Below are positions 52,201 to 64,000 of a stretch of DNA of 64,000 nucleotides, one piece after another. This DNA comes from Pocillopora damicornis (lineage: Eukaryota), in contig NW_020847100.1 in assembly GCF_003704095.1 (NCBI RefSeq), positions 434,001 through 498,000 on the forward strand, written 5' to 3'. The position numbers and the translations under genes were made by a program. Every line of letters begins with the position of its first letter. Within the stretch, counting starts at the first letter, position 1. The notes beneath the pieces were generated by a model that was not told the origin of the DNA, searched no databases, and saw only the letters and a program-made list of their open reading frames with translations.

Positions 52201-53874
52201 TTAAGAATGCTGTTGGTGTGGCTGTTGTAAAGAAGCTCTCTGTAAAGGTAATAAAACTGTACGCCTCAGAAGAGGGTTTCTCTGAAAGGACCATCGAATG
52301 TACCCAGAGGCGCAAAAGCACAACTAGGATTGGTACGTAGCGTTGAATAGGCTACAAAGTCCTGGGGAATGGTTATGCCCCCCGCACACTAGGTACAATA
52401 AAGTTGATGAACCACGTGTACTGGGGAAAGCACAAACGTAGGCGGATAAAACGGGTGAAGTTTTCACCAGTCTTAAATGGAAGAAAGGAAAAGACGAATC
52501 AACGCAAAACAATAAAAAACAAGTAGTTTTGTTGATTTAGTGACTTCAGTGACCACGATTCGTTTTAAGTACAAGTGAATCTCAGCAAGTTGAGATTGCT
52601 GAACCAGTCGAAAGGCGCAAGATATTTTTGTAAAAAGAAAACTTTATTCCGCCATGTATTAAAGCCTTCTAACGCTTGTCCTGTTTTCCAAAAGGTGGTG
52701 CCATCGACCCAACTCGATCCTTGCCGTTCACAGATAGAAGAAGTTTCTAGCAAGTTGAAAGGGTTTGTCATTGGGGATGACAGCGACTTGGACAAGTTTC
52801 TGAAGAAGGGTGAAATTAGTCAAGCCTCCCAACTTGCTATTACTGTCCTCCAATCAGCTAACGAGGAAACAAAGTGTGGGCAAACGCTAGGCCAACATAC
52901 CAAAACACTAGTGGGTCTACTTACTGTGATAATATTTTTTTCAAATTAGCGGTGGAGAGCTGTGTATTTGTTTGTTTCTATGCTTTTTTTCCCGATAATC
53001 TGCTTGTTTCTTTTAATGTCATCCACAAGTAAGCATCTCATACACTTATATACAAATTAGCTGTTGTATAGTTGATATTAATCTGAAGTATTAATTTCAA
53101 AATTTAGTTATCCCTTGTAAGCGTTTTTAACTCCTCAAATCTTTAGATACTTAATTTTCCCGCGTAGATTTCAAGTACCTTGGTGGAGAAGTTCACCTCC
53201 ATAAAGCCGGAGGACCTTCAGATGTCTCGAACTGTAATGAGTGTAGTAAAACTAGCAGGTGGTTACCAAGAAGCCTCATCTTGTAATGACTGCGGTAATT
53301 CTGCGGTAAGAATCTTCCCTTTTCCTCTTTTACACATAAACTGCGACGTATCAGAAAACACATGAATATTGTTTTGATCGCAATCAAATGCCTTTCTTAA
53401 GAATGAAACTATGAAACTAACGGATGCCACAACAGAACTACTGAAGTCTGCCCTTGGCGACTTAGAGGAACCATTTTCTGATGAACTGGAAGAATCGNNN
53501 NNNNNNNNNNNNNNNNNNNNNNNNNNNNNNNNNNNNNNNNNNNNNNNNNNNNNNNNNNNNNNNNNNNNNNNNNNNNNNNNNNNNNNNNNNNNNNNNNTTT
53601 TCCTCTTTTACACATAAACTGCGACGTATCAGAAAACACATGAATATTGTTATGATCGCAATCAAATGCCTTTCTTAAGAATGAAACTATGAAACTGACG
53701 GATGCCACAACAGAACTACTAAAGTCTGCCCTTGGCGACTTAGAGGAACCATTTTCTGATGAACTGGAAGAATCGGCTGTGAGTATCACCACGTGTCTAA
53801 AAAACGTTCTAAAGTCTGCCCCAAGGTCGAACAAAGAAAGTGGCGATTCAAGGAAGAGCACTGAATCTGAGAAG
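52201..53874 (+). CDS. Polycystin-1-like fragments: REJ end and GAIN-region exons (allelic or duplicate versions)
   Basis: 52201-52247, 52695-52910, 53168-53305, 53402-53497, and again 53680-53874. Confidence 0.8.
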
Positions 53875-55080
53875 GTATGACAAAAGTAAATTCACGAAAT
53901 TAAGTAAACGAGAGTGAGTTGTATTATGCCACCCTGTACAAGCCAAACTTAACTTCTACAATTATTTGCAGGAGGATGAGAGTGTTTGTGTGAAGATGAA
54001 ATTGTGTGATCCAAACAAAAATATGTGACCCCTAAAAATAAGATATAGATTTAGCCAAGCCTAAAAGGGGAGCTCTTGTTAATTTATTTTCCATCCCTTC
54101 GTTACCATAAAAACTGTAATAAAACTCTTCAGCATAGGCTGTAGAAGAGTTTCTTCAAGGGGATTTAGGGACCAGTCCGGGGGGGGGGGGGGGNNNNNNN
54201 NNNNNNNNNNNNNNNNNNNNNNNNNNNNNNNNNNNNNNNNNNNNNNNNNNNNNNNNNNNNNNNNNNNNNNNNNNNNNNNNNNNNNNNNNNNNNNNNNNNN
54301 NNNNNNNNNNNNNNNNNNNNNNNNNNNNNNNNNNNNNNNNNNNNNNNNNNNNNNNNNNNNNNNNNNNNNNNNNNNNNNNNNNNNNNNNNNNNNNNNNNNN
54401 NNNNNNNNNNNNNNNNNNNNNNNNNNNNNNNNNNNNNNNNNNNNNNNNNNNNNNNNNNNNNNNNNNNNNNNNNNNNNNNNNNNNNNNNNNNNNNNNNNNN
54501 NNNNNNNNNNNNNNNNNNNNNNNNNNNNNNNNNNNNNNNNNNNNNNNNNNNNNNNNNNNNNNNNNNNNNNNNNNNNNNNNNNNNNNNNNNNNNNNNNNNN
54601 NNNNNNNNNNNNNNNNNNNNNNNNNNNNNNNNNNNNNNNNNNNNNNNNNNNNNNNNNNNNNNNNNNNNNNNNNNNNNNNNNNNNNNNNNNNNNNNNNNNN
54701 NNNNNNNNNNNNNNNNNNNNNNNNNNNNNNNNNNNNNNNNNNNNNNNNNNNNNNNNNNNNNNNNNNNNNNNNNNNNNNNNNNNNNNNNNNNNNNNNNNNN
54801 NNNNNATTCCAACCTCCTCTGATAAGCTTAGAAAATTAAAAACAAAAATCATTTTCCACTTGTGTTTGAACCTGTCATTTTTTTACCTTTTCTCTTTCTG
54901 AAGACTTCTGATATGCGGCTATTGATTATTACACCTCGTATACCTGNNNNNNNNNNNNNNNNNNNNNNNNNNNNNNNNNNNNNNNNNNNNNNNNNNNNNN
55001 NNNNNNNNNNNNNNNNNNNNNNNNNNNNNNNNNNNNNNNNNNNNNNTAAACTATGTTGTTATGATTAATTGTTTTCACAG

Positions 55081-58000
55081 ATTTCCCCACCGATACAGAT
55101 AAATCTTGTGGAAGAAGGAGCATACTACTATGACATGGTTATCAGCACTGGCGTTTGGAAAGATTCAGCAACAACGGCAAACGTAACGATGAGTATAAAA
55201 GGAGAAAACGATGAACATGATCTCATCACTCTCCAAAAAAATGGTGATTTAGAGGACATTTTTAGTCGAGGAGGTATAAATAGTTTTGTTTTGGTCACAA
55301 ACGAGTCATTAGGAAATCTAAACGAAATAACTTTGGAGCACGATAATTCTGGAGAAAGTCCATCTTGGTTTGTAGAAACAGTGGTAATAAGAGACAGACA
55401 AACAGAAGAACGCTGGGTGTTCTCCGTTAATAGATGGCTTGCACTAGAGAAGGACGATGGACAGATAGAAATTAGTGTGAAAAACGAAGCAACTACTTCC
55501 TTTTCAGCAGAGGTGAGGTCGCGCTTTGGGAGGAAAATAGCTGACAATCATTTGTGGATGTCAGTCTTCGGCAAACCGTGCAGTAGTACATTCACGCGTG
55601 TACAAAGAGCGTCTTGTTGTCTTTCAATTCTCTTCAGTGCAATGATAGCCAATGCCATGTTCTATAATGTTGGCGGGGAATCAGCGGGAGCAATACAAAT
55701 TGGACCTTTCAAGTTTTCCTGGAGACAAATAGTGATTGGAGTACAGAGTGCTATAATAGTTGCACCTGTAAATATACTTATCGTGTTTCTGTTTAAGTCT
55801 AGTAGAAGAAAGAAGAGGAAAGAGGACAAATATAAGGAATCCTTTCAAACAGAACAACTCGTCGATGAAATAAACGGTCAAGGCTGTGTCCTGCCATATT
55901 TCTGTGTATACATCGCATGGTTTCTCTGCTTTGTCACCACTATGACAGCAGCAACATTTACGTTATTTTACAGTTTGATGTGGGGTAAGGAAGTCGCTGA
56001 GCAGTGGCTAGCGTCCATTCTTATTTCCAATGGACAAGACGTTTTTGTTATGCAACCAACAAAGGTCATGTTAGCAGTTCTTTTAGTTTCCTTTCTTTTG
56101 AGTAGAAACAAAGAGGATGATGGGGAAGAGGGAGATGTCAAAGAGGGTAAACTCCAAGACAATGACTTAGATTTCCTGAGTGATAATCCTAAACAACGCT
56201 TTAAACAGAGCCTCATGGAGAAAATGCGCATACGAAGTAGGAAAGAGGCTCAACTGGCACTCAAAACAAAGGAAATTGTCCTGCATTTGGTATTTGTGTT
56301 TCTGCTGTCGGTCGTCTGCTATGGCAACAAGAATGAGAATCGTTTCTTGATGACAACAGAGATGAAAAATACTTTCACAAGCTTTGATCTGGTATAAAAA
56401 ATTTCGTTTTTATATTTCTGCGAATGATAAAGATCAATATAAGAAATTATAATGCGATACTATTGATGTGAAAGTGACGTTAGTCATGGTAATGATAATA
56501 TAAATGATAATATTAATGATAATATAAATGATAATGGTAATGATAATGGTAATGATAATGACAATGACGATGATAATGATGTAAATGACGGCAACGGCGA
56601 TAATAATGATGTATGATTTAAAACGACAAAGCCACGTCATAAGTAGGCAGTATATTTCAATTGGTTATTTGAGGGGCTAAAACTGACACATGTAATTAAG
56701 CCTGCTGATGATGACGGTAGTTCTTGCGATTTCAAATGAAATGATACGTTTTCATTCTTTGAATCATTAAGAGGCCTTAGCTTAAAATAATAGAGGTCAA
56801 GGCGTGAAATATAACTGCAGTGTAGAAGCTGGGTTTTGCTCATCTTCTAAGAATACGGTGGAGCGTAATCAAAACAAAATCTTTCATTCCAATTTAATAA
56901 ACAAAACGGGTTAATATTTTCAGATAGGCTACTGTAGAATGTTTGGTCGATGGAACCTTACTTACCTCCAAAATTACGTGCAGGAAGTGAAAAAGATTCA
57001 CGAGCATGATATTCAGTAAGCTATTCTCTCTTCTTTTTCGACTTTGAAGTATCCTGATAGTCGTAAGATTTTTTATATGTTGGACAATAATGGATATCTC
57101 TTGGTCGAAAAATTCAGTGTATTTTTACGTCAGTTAAAACAAGTGAATATCCAATTTATCAATGCAGTTATTTGAACTCATCGCGTTTGTGCTCCGTGAT
57201 CAGGTTACTGACTCTCAGCGACTGTGGGGATGGCTTAGAAAGCAGTTTCTGCCAAACGTATACAACCAAGACTGGTATAATGGCCTTGAAGAGCAAAATG
57301 ATGTTTACATTGCTAATAAGATGTCTATTTTGATTGGCATGCCTTGGATGCGACAGTTAAGAATTCACAAAAGTACGTTTGATGACATTACGTTGTTTTT
57401 ATTGGGTAAAGTGTAACAATGATCCGTTTCAAACTCTAATCATTCTTTTCATCGTGTTTTGAAGGTCGTTGTGAATCACATCCTGAAAATATACCAGACT
57501 GCTACTACGACTACTCTCCAGAGATAGAGGACACAACAGAGTGGAGTCTTCCAGGTTGGCAGCCTCTTCCCTACAATACATCCTGGCCAAAGGCACTTCG
57601 AATTTGTCCAAAACCCTGGCGTTATCAGACAGCTCAGACGCTAGACACTTATCCTGTGAAAGCCGTGTACAACACTTATGATGGAGGTGGATTCGTAGCC
57701 GTTTTGGGATATGATGAGCATACAGCAAATCGTAGCTTAGGTGAGACTTTTGGCAACGGGTGGCTTGATCGAAAAACTCGTGCTGTAATCCTGCAATTGG
57801 CGGCGTTTAACATCAATACGAACCTTATTAGCATTGTCACATTTATCTACGAGATGATCGCGGCTGGTGCAGCCTACACAGTAATGAGAGTTGATACCCT
57901 CGAGTTGTACAGTACGGAGTCGGGAGCTCTCATGTTTTATCTCATTTGTCAGTTTTCATTCTTGGCAATGGTGCTATTTTACCTTGTCATTATGTTGTTT

Positions 58001-58915
58001 CACCTTTACCGACAACGGATGGAATTTTTCAAGTCTGTCTGGAATATGGTTGATTTCTTGATGATCACCTCTTCTGCAATGTCTGTAGCGTGCTACATGA
58101 TGAGATCCAAGAAAATCTTAAACAGCATCAATGCAATTCAGAAAAATCCGTTCGAAATAATTCATTTTCATTCTGCTCTAAATTGGGCCAGCTGGGAAAA
58201 TTCTTCAATCGCTCTCGCGATTTTTATGGTTACTGTGAAGCTTTTAAATCTTATTCGCTTTAATCCATATGTCATATATTTGTTTTCATCTTTCCGCCGG
58301 TCTGTGGGCTACCAGCTGTCCTATTTTGTTTTCTTTGTCATAGTATTTAACGCGTTTGTTATATCAGGAATGGTGCTTTTTGGAGGCGTAGTTTATCATT
58401 ACTCTAGTTATCTGCACGCTGTCATATCGCAATTTGAATTTCTGTTGGGAAAAGCAGTCCCAATGGCTGATCTTCGCAAAGATAAACCTTTTATCGGTCC
58501 AACGTTCGTTCTTATGTTCATGTTAATGATGACGATATTTCTTATGAATATGTTGGTGTCTGTCCTAAACGAATCCTACACTGACGCTAAGGATAACGCA
58601 GAAGAAAGTTCAGAAGAGCTTGAAATGGCGCGCTTCATCGTGGAACGTTTTATGGACTTATTCCAAAAAGGAAAAAGGCGACCTGAGTTTAAATTATTTT
58701 GTGACGAAACAACTTTTGATAACATGTGTCGCTCAGACGCAGAACCATTCTGTGTAAATTCTCAAAGTATACTTCAGTGCACAGAAGAACGGTTAGAGAA
58801 CTTAGATAAAAGAATAAGCGCACTCATCAGACGCACGGACAACATCGGCGGTGATGACCAAAAAGAGGAAGAAGAGTTTCTCTCTCTCCTCAACTCAATA
58901 ATCCTTTCTCATTGA
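55081..58915 (+). CDS. Polycystin-1-like protein, intact C-terminal half: PLAT - TM2-6 - TOP - TRPP-type channel domain - coiled-coil tail
   Basis: Exons 55081-56391, 57204-57372 and 57465-58915 are in frame. Motifs HLWMSVF, FTRVQR, MRQLRI, YDGGGFV, WLDRKTRAV, WNMVD, KLLNLIRFN, IGPTF, FLMNMLVSVLNESY. Confidence 0.93.
56480..56615. repeat. (ATG/ATA)n degenerate microsatellite, intronic
   Basis: gataat/gtaat/gacaat runs. Confidence 0.8.
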
Positions 58916-59097
58916 TATTAAGATGGCTTCTGTTTCCATTTTGTTCCGAGTTTGACACGAACTTACCATGTGAATTATCGATTCTTCATTGCTTCGTTAC
59001 TACTACTTTGATGGTGTATAGGATTCTCTCCATTAAAGTTGGCCTTTAACATTTCTGTCATTACAAAGATGCGATGGAGTCCAAACCAACTCGTTAA

Positions 59098-59290
59098 CCT
59101 TTTGCTACCGAGCATCAGTATGCACACTCTCCATACTTTTCTCTACAAAGTGCTGACAAAGGCAAGTTTTTAATAAAAAAAGAGCTTTTTTAGTCTGTGA
59201 TTATTTTTCATTCTCTCGACCTTCATGTTTGATTCAGGGGTGATACTGTAGGCAAAGATTAAATGCCAGGCACTCGAAAAAGTTGAGGGG
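59098..59290. mobile_element. Short TTAA-flanked MITE (non-autonomous, piggyBac-like ends)
   Basis: ttaa|ccttt... at 59094-59097 and ...gagggg|ttaa at 59291-59294. Confidence 0.5.
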
Positions 59291-60262
59291 TTAACGTGCC
59301 TTTGGCTATGATTCAGTTCCTTATCCAGCGCAAAATCACATCGCTGCGATATATTTAATTGTAGTAAAATATGAAATTGAGCAGAAGCGGACCTTGTGTT
59401 AAAAATGCCTTTTTAATGGCAGTTAATGTTATGTTGAGTAATAAACAACATATTCCGAAACTGGTTTTATTTCATGCATAGTGAACAGACAACACTGTGA
59501 AAACACATCGTTCGTTCAATCAGAAACACGAACAATGGTACTTCACAGTGGAGGGCAACAAATGGCTTCCAATCCTTGAAGTGTGTCGGTCAGTAAGAAC
59601 AAATTTCAGTATGCGTGAAAGAAAAACATCATACCATGGGAAACGCGCTCGAAGGATTTTTATTCACGTTGCGATGCATGAAAGACTAATTCGTTCGCAG
59701 CGCTCATTCGTTCGCTTTACATATATATAACAAATTGTGAATGACAATCGTTCATATTTGCGATGTGAACTTATTTCCCCCCTCCCTCCCCGATCATAAT
59801 TTGACAGCAGGAGTCTTCGGCCCACTTAATTTGAACATCAAGAGTCCCAGGGATGATGGCTCTTTTACTCGATTCTTTTTAAGTTGCAGGCCTTGTTGTG
59901 AATATTTAAATTAACTTCTGATTCGACAATTCGATTTTGAAGTTACGTTTTAGTACTACCTACTTCGTGTAGCTAAATAATATATATGTTTAGCTAATCT
60001 TAAAAGCGGAGCTCTTGTTAGTTTATTTTCCAGCCCTTCATCATACCAGGAGCCCATTACTGGCGTTCAACTGCCCTGTTCTTTTGTCACGGCGTTTTCA
60101 CAGACTAGTTTATATTTAGTTTGAATTTACCGCGAATTAGGACTCCCCACGAGAGCACATCGNNNNNNNNNNNNNNNNNNNNNNNNNNNNNNNNNNNNNN
60201 NNNNNNNNNNNNNNNNNNNNNNNNNNNNNNNNNNNNNNNNNNNNNNNNNNNNNNNNNNNNNN

Positions 60263-61050
60263 TCAATGCAATTCAAAAAAATCCTTTCGAAATAATTCAT
60301 TTTCATTCTGCTTTAAATTGGGCCAGCTGGGAAAATGCTTCTATTGCTCTCGCGATTTTTATGGTTACAGTGAAGCTCCTAAATCTTATTCGTTTTAATC
60401 CTTACGTCATATATTTGTTTTCATCTTTCCGCCAGTCTGCAGGCTACCAACTGTCCTATTTTGTTTTCTTTGTCATAGTATTCAACGCGTTTGTTATATC
60501 AGGAATGCAGCTTTTCGGAGGAGTAGTTTATCATTACTCTAGTTATCTGCATGCTGTCATTTCGCAATTTGAATTTCTGTTGGGTAAAGCAGTCCCAATT
60601 GCTGATCTTCGCAAAGACAAACCTTTTATCGGTCCAACTTTTGTTTTTTTTTTCATGTTAATGATGACGATATTTCTTATGAATATGTTGGTATCTGTCC
60701 TGAACGAATCCTACACTGACGCTAAGGATAACGCAGAAGGAAGTTCAGAAGAGCTCGAAATGGCGCGCTTCATTGGGGAACGTTTCATGGACTTATTTCA
60801 AGAAGAAAAAAGGCGACCAGAATTTAAATTATTTTGTGACGAAACAACTTTTGTTAACATGTGTCGTTCCGAGGCAGAACCGTTCTGTTTAAATTCTCAA
60901 AGTCTTCTTCAGTGCACGGAGGAACGGTTGGGAAAACTAGATAAAAGAATAAGCGCAGTCATGAGACGGACAGAGAACATCGATGGTGATGAACTAGAGG
61001 AGGAGAAAGAGTTTCATTCTCTGCTCTTGTTATTGATTAATTCTCATTAG
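60263..61050 (+). CDS. Polycystin-1-like terminal exon, second paralogue (channel S3-S6 and tail)
   Basis: Collinear with 58127-58915 but with many substitutions, a different C-terminus (...LLLLINSH) and a rapidly diverging 3' flank. Confidence 0.9.
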
Positions 61051-62467
61051 TATTAAGATACGTTCACCTTCATTTTGAGCCGATTTTAGAAAGAACTAAC
61101 TTTGTGAGATCTCGATTCTACAAAGCTTCAATTCTTTAAGTTTGAAATAGTGACAAAAGTTTTGTCAGTGGACAAGCACGATCATCTCCACAACAGGAAC
61201 CTAGAACAAGTTCGAGTTTATTGATTCTTCATAATAGGGTGCTTTTGGTTCCCGAACAGTTCTGGCTTATCCGGCTCACAATCGCAACGTTACTTATGGA
61301 ATTCCCAAATGATTTTTCAGATTAGATATAGGAAATCTGAAACTGAGTAAAGCAGGTCCATGCTCGACGAACACAAGGCGTATAAGTAACAGAACACACA
61401 TAAAAAACGATCTCGTCATGGCGCGCATCCCCTCCAAGACCTACTTCCTGTAAGATATGAAAATTCATGCAAAACTTTCGTAATCGCAAGAACTTCCTGA
61501 GTGTATTTTCACCAATGAAACCTAAGTTTTACCGCATTGTCTTTTGTTAAATATCATGACGTCTTTTGATATTGTGTCAGCAAGCTATGTATTCAATGTT
61601 GAGGTTTTTTAAATTTATTTTAACTAAGCGTTTAAGGAGTCGATTCAGTCGAAATAGTAATGAAAAAATAGCTGAATTAGGCAAGAGATGAAGGGAAATA
61701 CATGCTTCTGATGGTAGACTTGCCCATTTATTTGTAGAATTAATTATCAGAAAAGGTTTTGCCCTTATTAAGCCTAAAATCGACTATCGCCCTGGACCAC
61801 GACCACCTAACACATTCTACGATAACTCGTAGTGTTGACTGCAAAGGAGATTATAAGACTAATCAGCCAGAATTGGAGGTGAAGCAGGAAATTTAGACCC
61901 TAAAGGTTTTTTCATTTGTTTTGCTTCGTTTTTCTGGTTAGCCTTTGACTTTAGATTATAACGAAGTACTTTTCTTTCTTTCCTTTTTTCCTCTCTTTTT
62001 TTTGCTTCGTGGCATAAATGTTATGATATCAAGTAATTTAAGACTTAAATGTTAAAAGCTTATTGCAGAGGGGCAAGTTAAGAAATTAGCGCCTTCCTCT
62101 CAATAAGTTGGTTCCATCGGTGAGTAAGAAGGTGGCCGATCTTCAAATTGAGGGTGCTCTTTCGAGATGTTTCCAATCTGTATATCACGCAAGAGACGCA
62201 GAAAATTTTTTGTTTCATCGGCCGATGTTGTCCTTTATTTTTTTTTTCTCTCAGTATATAGTTAGACATGCATCATTAGGTCCGATGATGTAAATGATTT
62301 TAAGATGATCATTTACTTTCAATTAATGTTACGTCATCAGTAATATGGTAACTAAATATTACGTAGTGATCGGTAACATTGTAAATTAGGTAACTTAATT
62401 AGAGACACTGCGTAAGTATTTTATCGTAGATTGTATTAGTCTCATATATTCCGCTTTATAAATAGTT

Positions 62468-62985
62468 TACAATGGTAATAGGATCGAGTGGAGTCGAAAT
62501 CGGTCTGATTATTAACTGATCATCATGAGTGATTAATTAAATCGAGCTATGAGTTCAAATGTGATTACAGATAGAATTGATCGATCTTATGAGTAGAATC
62601 GAACTGATGAGTTCGAGCATGATTTCAGATAGAATCGGACGACACGAATTATCATAATTAATTATAACCGTTACAATTTTAGAAAAAAAAAACAATATAT
62701 TTAGGCCAAACATCTCCAGTAGAGTTCATGTTTAAAGTTAAAAATTCCCCTTTTTTTTTAGAACAAGTATTTGCTGCAATGGTTATTGAGTTCAATTCTG
62801 TGATAAGTAGATTTAGCTGAGAAGACTTGGCGTGATTGGCTGTTTCAACTATCCGATCACAGGTGTCCGATTACAGCCAACAGTCCGATTACATTGTCCG
62901 ATTACAATTATACAGAATGATTAGCGAACAATAAAGCAGCTAAAGCACCATTCACATTTGAGGAAATTGTAATGGTTAGGATTAG
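62468..62985 (+). repeat. Dispersed repeat, same family as 2990-3372
   Basis: Begins aatggtaataggatcgagtggagtc; internal matches to the reverse complement of 2990-3372. Confidence 0.6.
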
Positions 62986-64000
62986 TTTTATAATTGGTAT
63001 TTCCCATATGCTAAAACCTCAAACACATTATTTGTTCAGGTAGGATGAGGTCTTGCCTATTGGTTTATTTCACTCTGAAGATCGTTTAGTGAGTAAACAG
63101 GTCCATTCATTGGGCGCACTGTACTACATGATCCAGATTGCCTTACGGAAAGGAAAACAAAAAGTTTTATCTTGACTTATTTGCACCCCTAAAAGAAAAC
63201 TAAAATTGAAGGCATTGGAAGTTAATTTATCTAATAATCTGTCAAATGTTTGAATATTAACATTTAATTTGAGCTCTGTCAACGTGATCCTTGTACCAGC
63301 TAACTTTTTCTCTGCCATGTTTTCAATGTTCTTTCATAAAGGCATATTGATAAAAGCTGTCAGAAAAAAGGCACAGAAGGAGGAGAACAAGAGAAGAAGC
63401 AAGGCAAAGGGAACGGGAAATGATGATATTTTTTTCATGGTGGCATGGGTTCAGGGTGTGTAATTTTTCATGAAGCACTTTTGTAAAGAGCACGGACTCA
63501 ATGAAACGATAGGATAAAGTATTTCGGCAAGAAGAAGAATGGTTAGAGAAGTTTTTCAGGAGCCAAAGGATTAGATAGTTCAATTTTGGAGAAGGGGAAA
63601 ATAATAAAAAGAGACCAAACAAAAGCTACGGAGGCAAATGGGAAGAGATGTTTACAACCTTTGTAATATGTTAGAAGCTGCACTATTAGCATTTTGCTAG
63701 ACATTTATCCGAAGGAGAGTGAACTTCCACCGTGGATTTTTCCGCCATTTCCCGATCTATAACCCTCCACAACTTTCATATGTAGAGTATCACGAGGCTT
63801 TAGACAAGAAGGGCTACCATGAATACCAGTTTTCAAAGGAGTTGAATAACCATTCCACAGATTGGAGTCTGCAATGTTGTATTTCTATCAAGGATTCATT
63901 CACCAGTTCAACCAGAGGAAACAGAACAATACAATTGGAGTATTTCAATAGAAATTAACTGATTTCATTTTGGGTAGTTTTTCCAATGATAATTAGGGCA

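Noticed and set aside
48337-53770. Short direct duplications flanking gaps (48337-48390 vs 48491-48544; 53320-53497 vs 53598-53775)
   Set aside because: Unmerged contig overlaps or alleles, not real tandem exons.
35201-55046. Scrambled and inverted exon order suggesting programmed rearrangement or trans-splicing
   Set aside because: Every orientation switch coincides with an N-gap; this is misassembly of a duplicated, heterozygous locus.
63000-64000. Short ORFs at the window end
   Set aside because: No recognisable motif or consistent exon structure; possibly a decayed repeat.

Overview
AT-rich, intron-containing animal genomic DNA from a fragmented draft scaffold with many N-gaps. Gene content and repeat families suggest a stony coral or related anthozoan (inference). 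Most ORF-track calls are spurious; the real genes are spliced, and I reconstructed them by hand from GT-AG junctions and exon phase. (1) 1-20.9 kb: a cluster of four paralogous genes (+, -, -, +) with no name I recognise. They encode probably secreted, GPI-type surface proteins built from tandem six-cysteine helical modules (4, 4 and 6 modules in the three near-complete genes). The Cys spacing resembles neuritin/CPG15, the RGM N-terminal bundle and DUF19, and every second module ends in NPFC. (2) 22.7-25.2 kb: a decayed piggyBac element, probably intronic. (3) 22-61 kb: polycystin-1-like (PKD1L2/PKDREJ-type) receptor-channel genes with a uromodulin/GP2 D8C domain plus EGF repeats ahead of REJ-GAIN/GPS-TM-PLAT-TOP-channel. 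At least two paralogues plus allelic haplotigs are present, scrambled and partly inverted by the assembly. Several MITE-, SINE- and Helentron-like repeats and microsatellites are also present.
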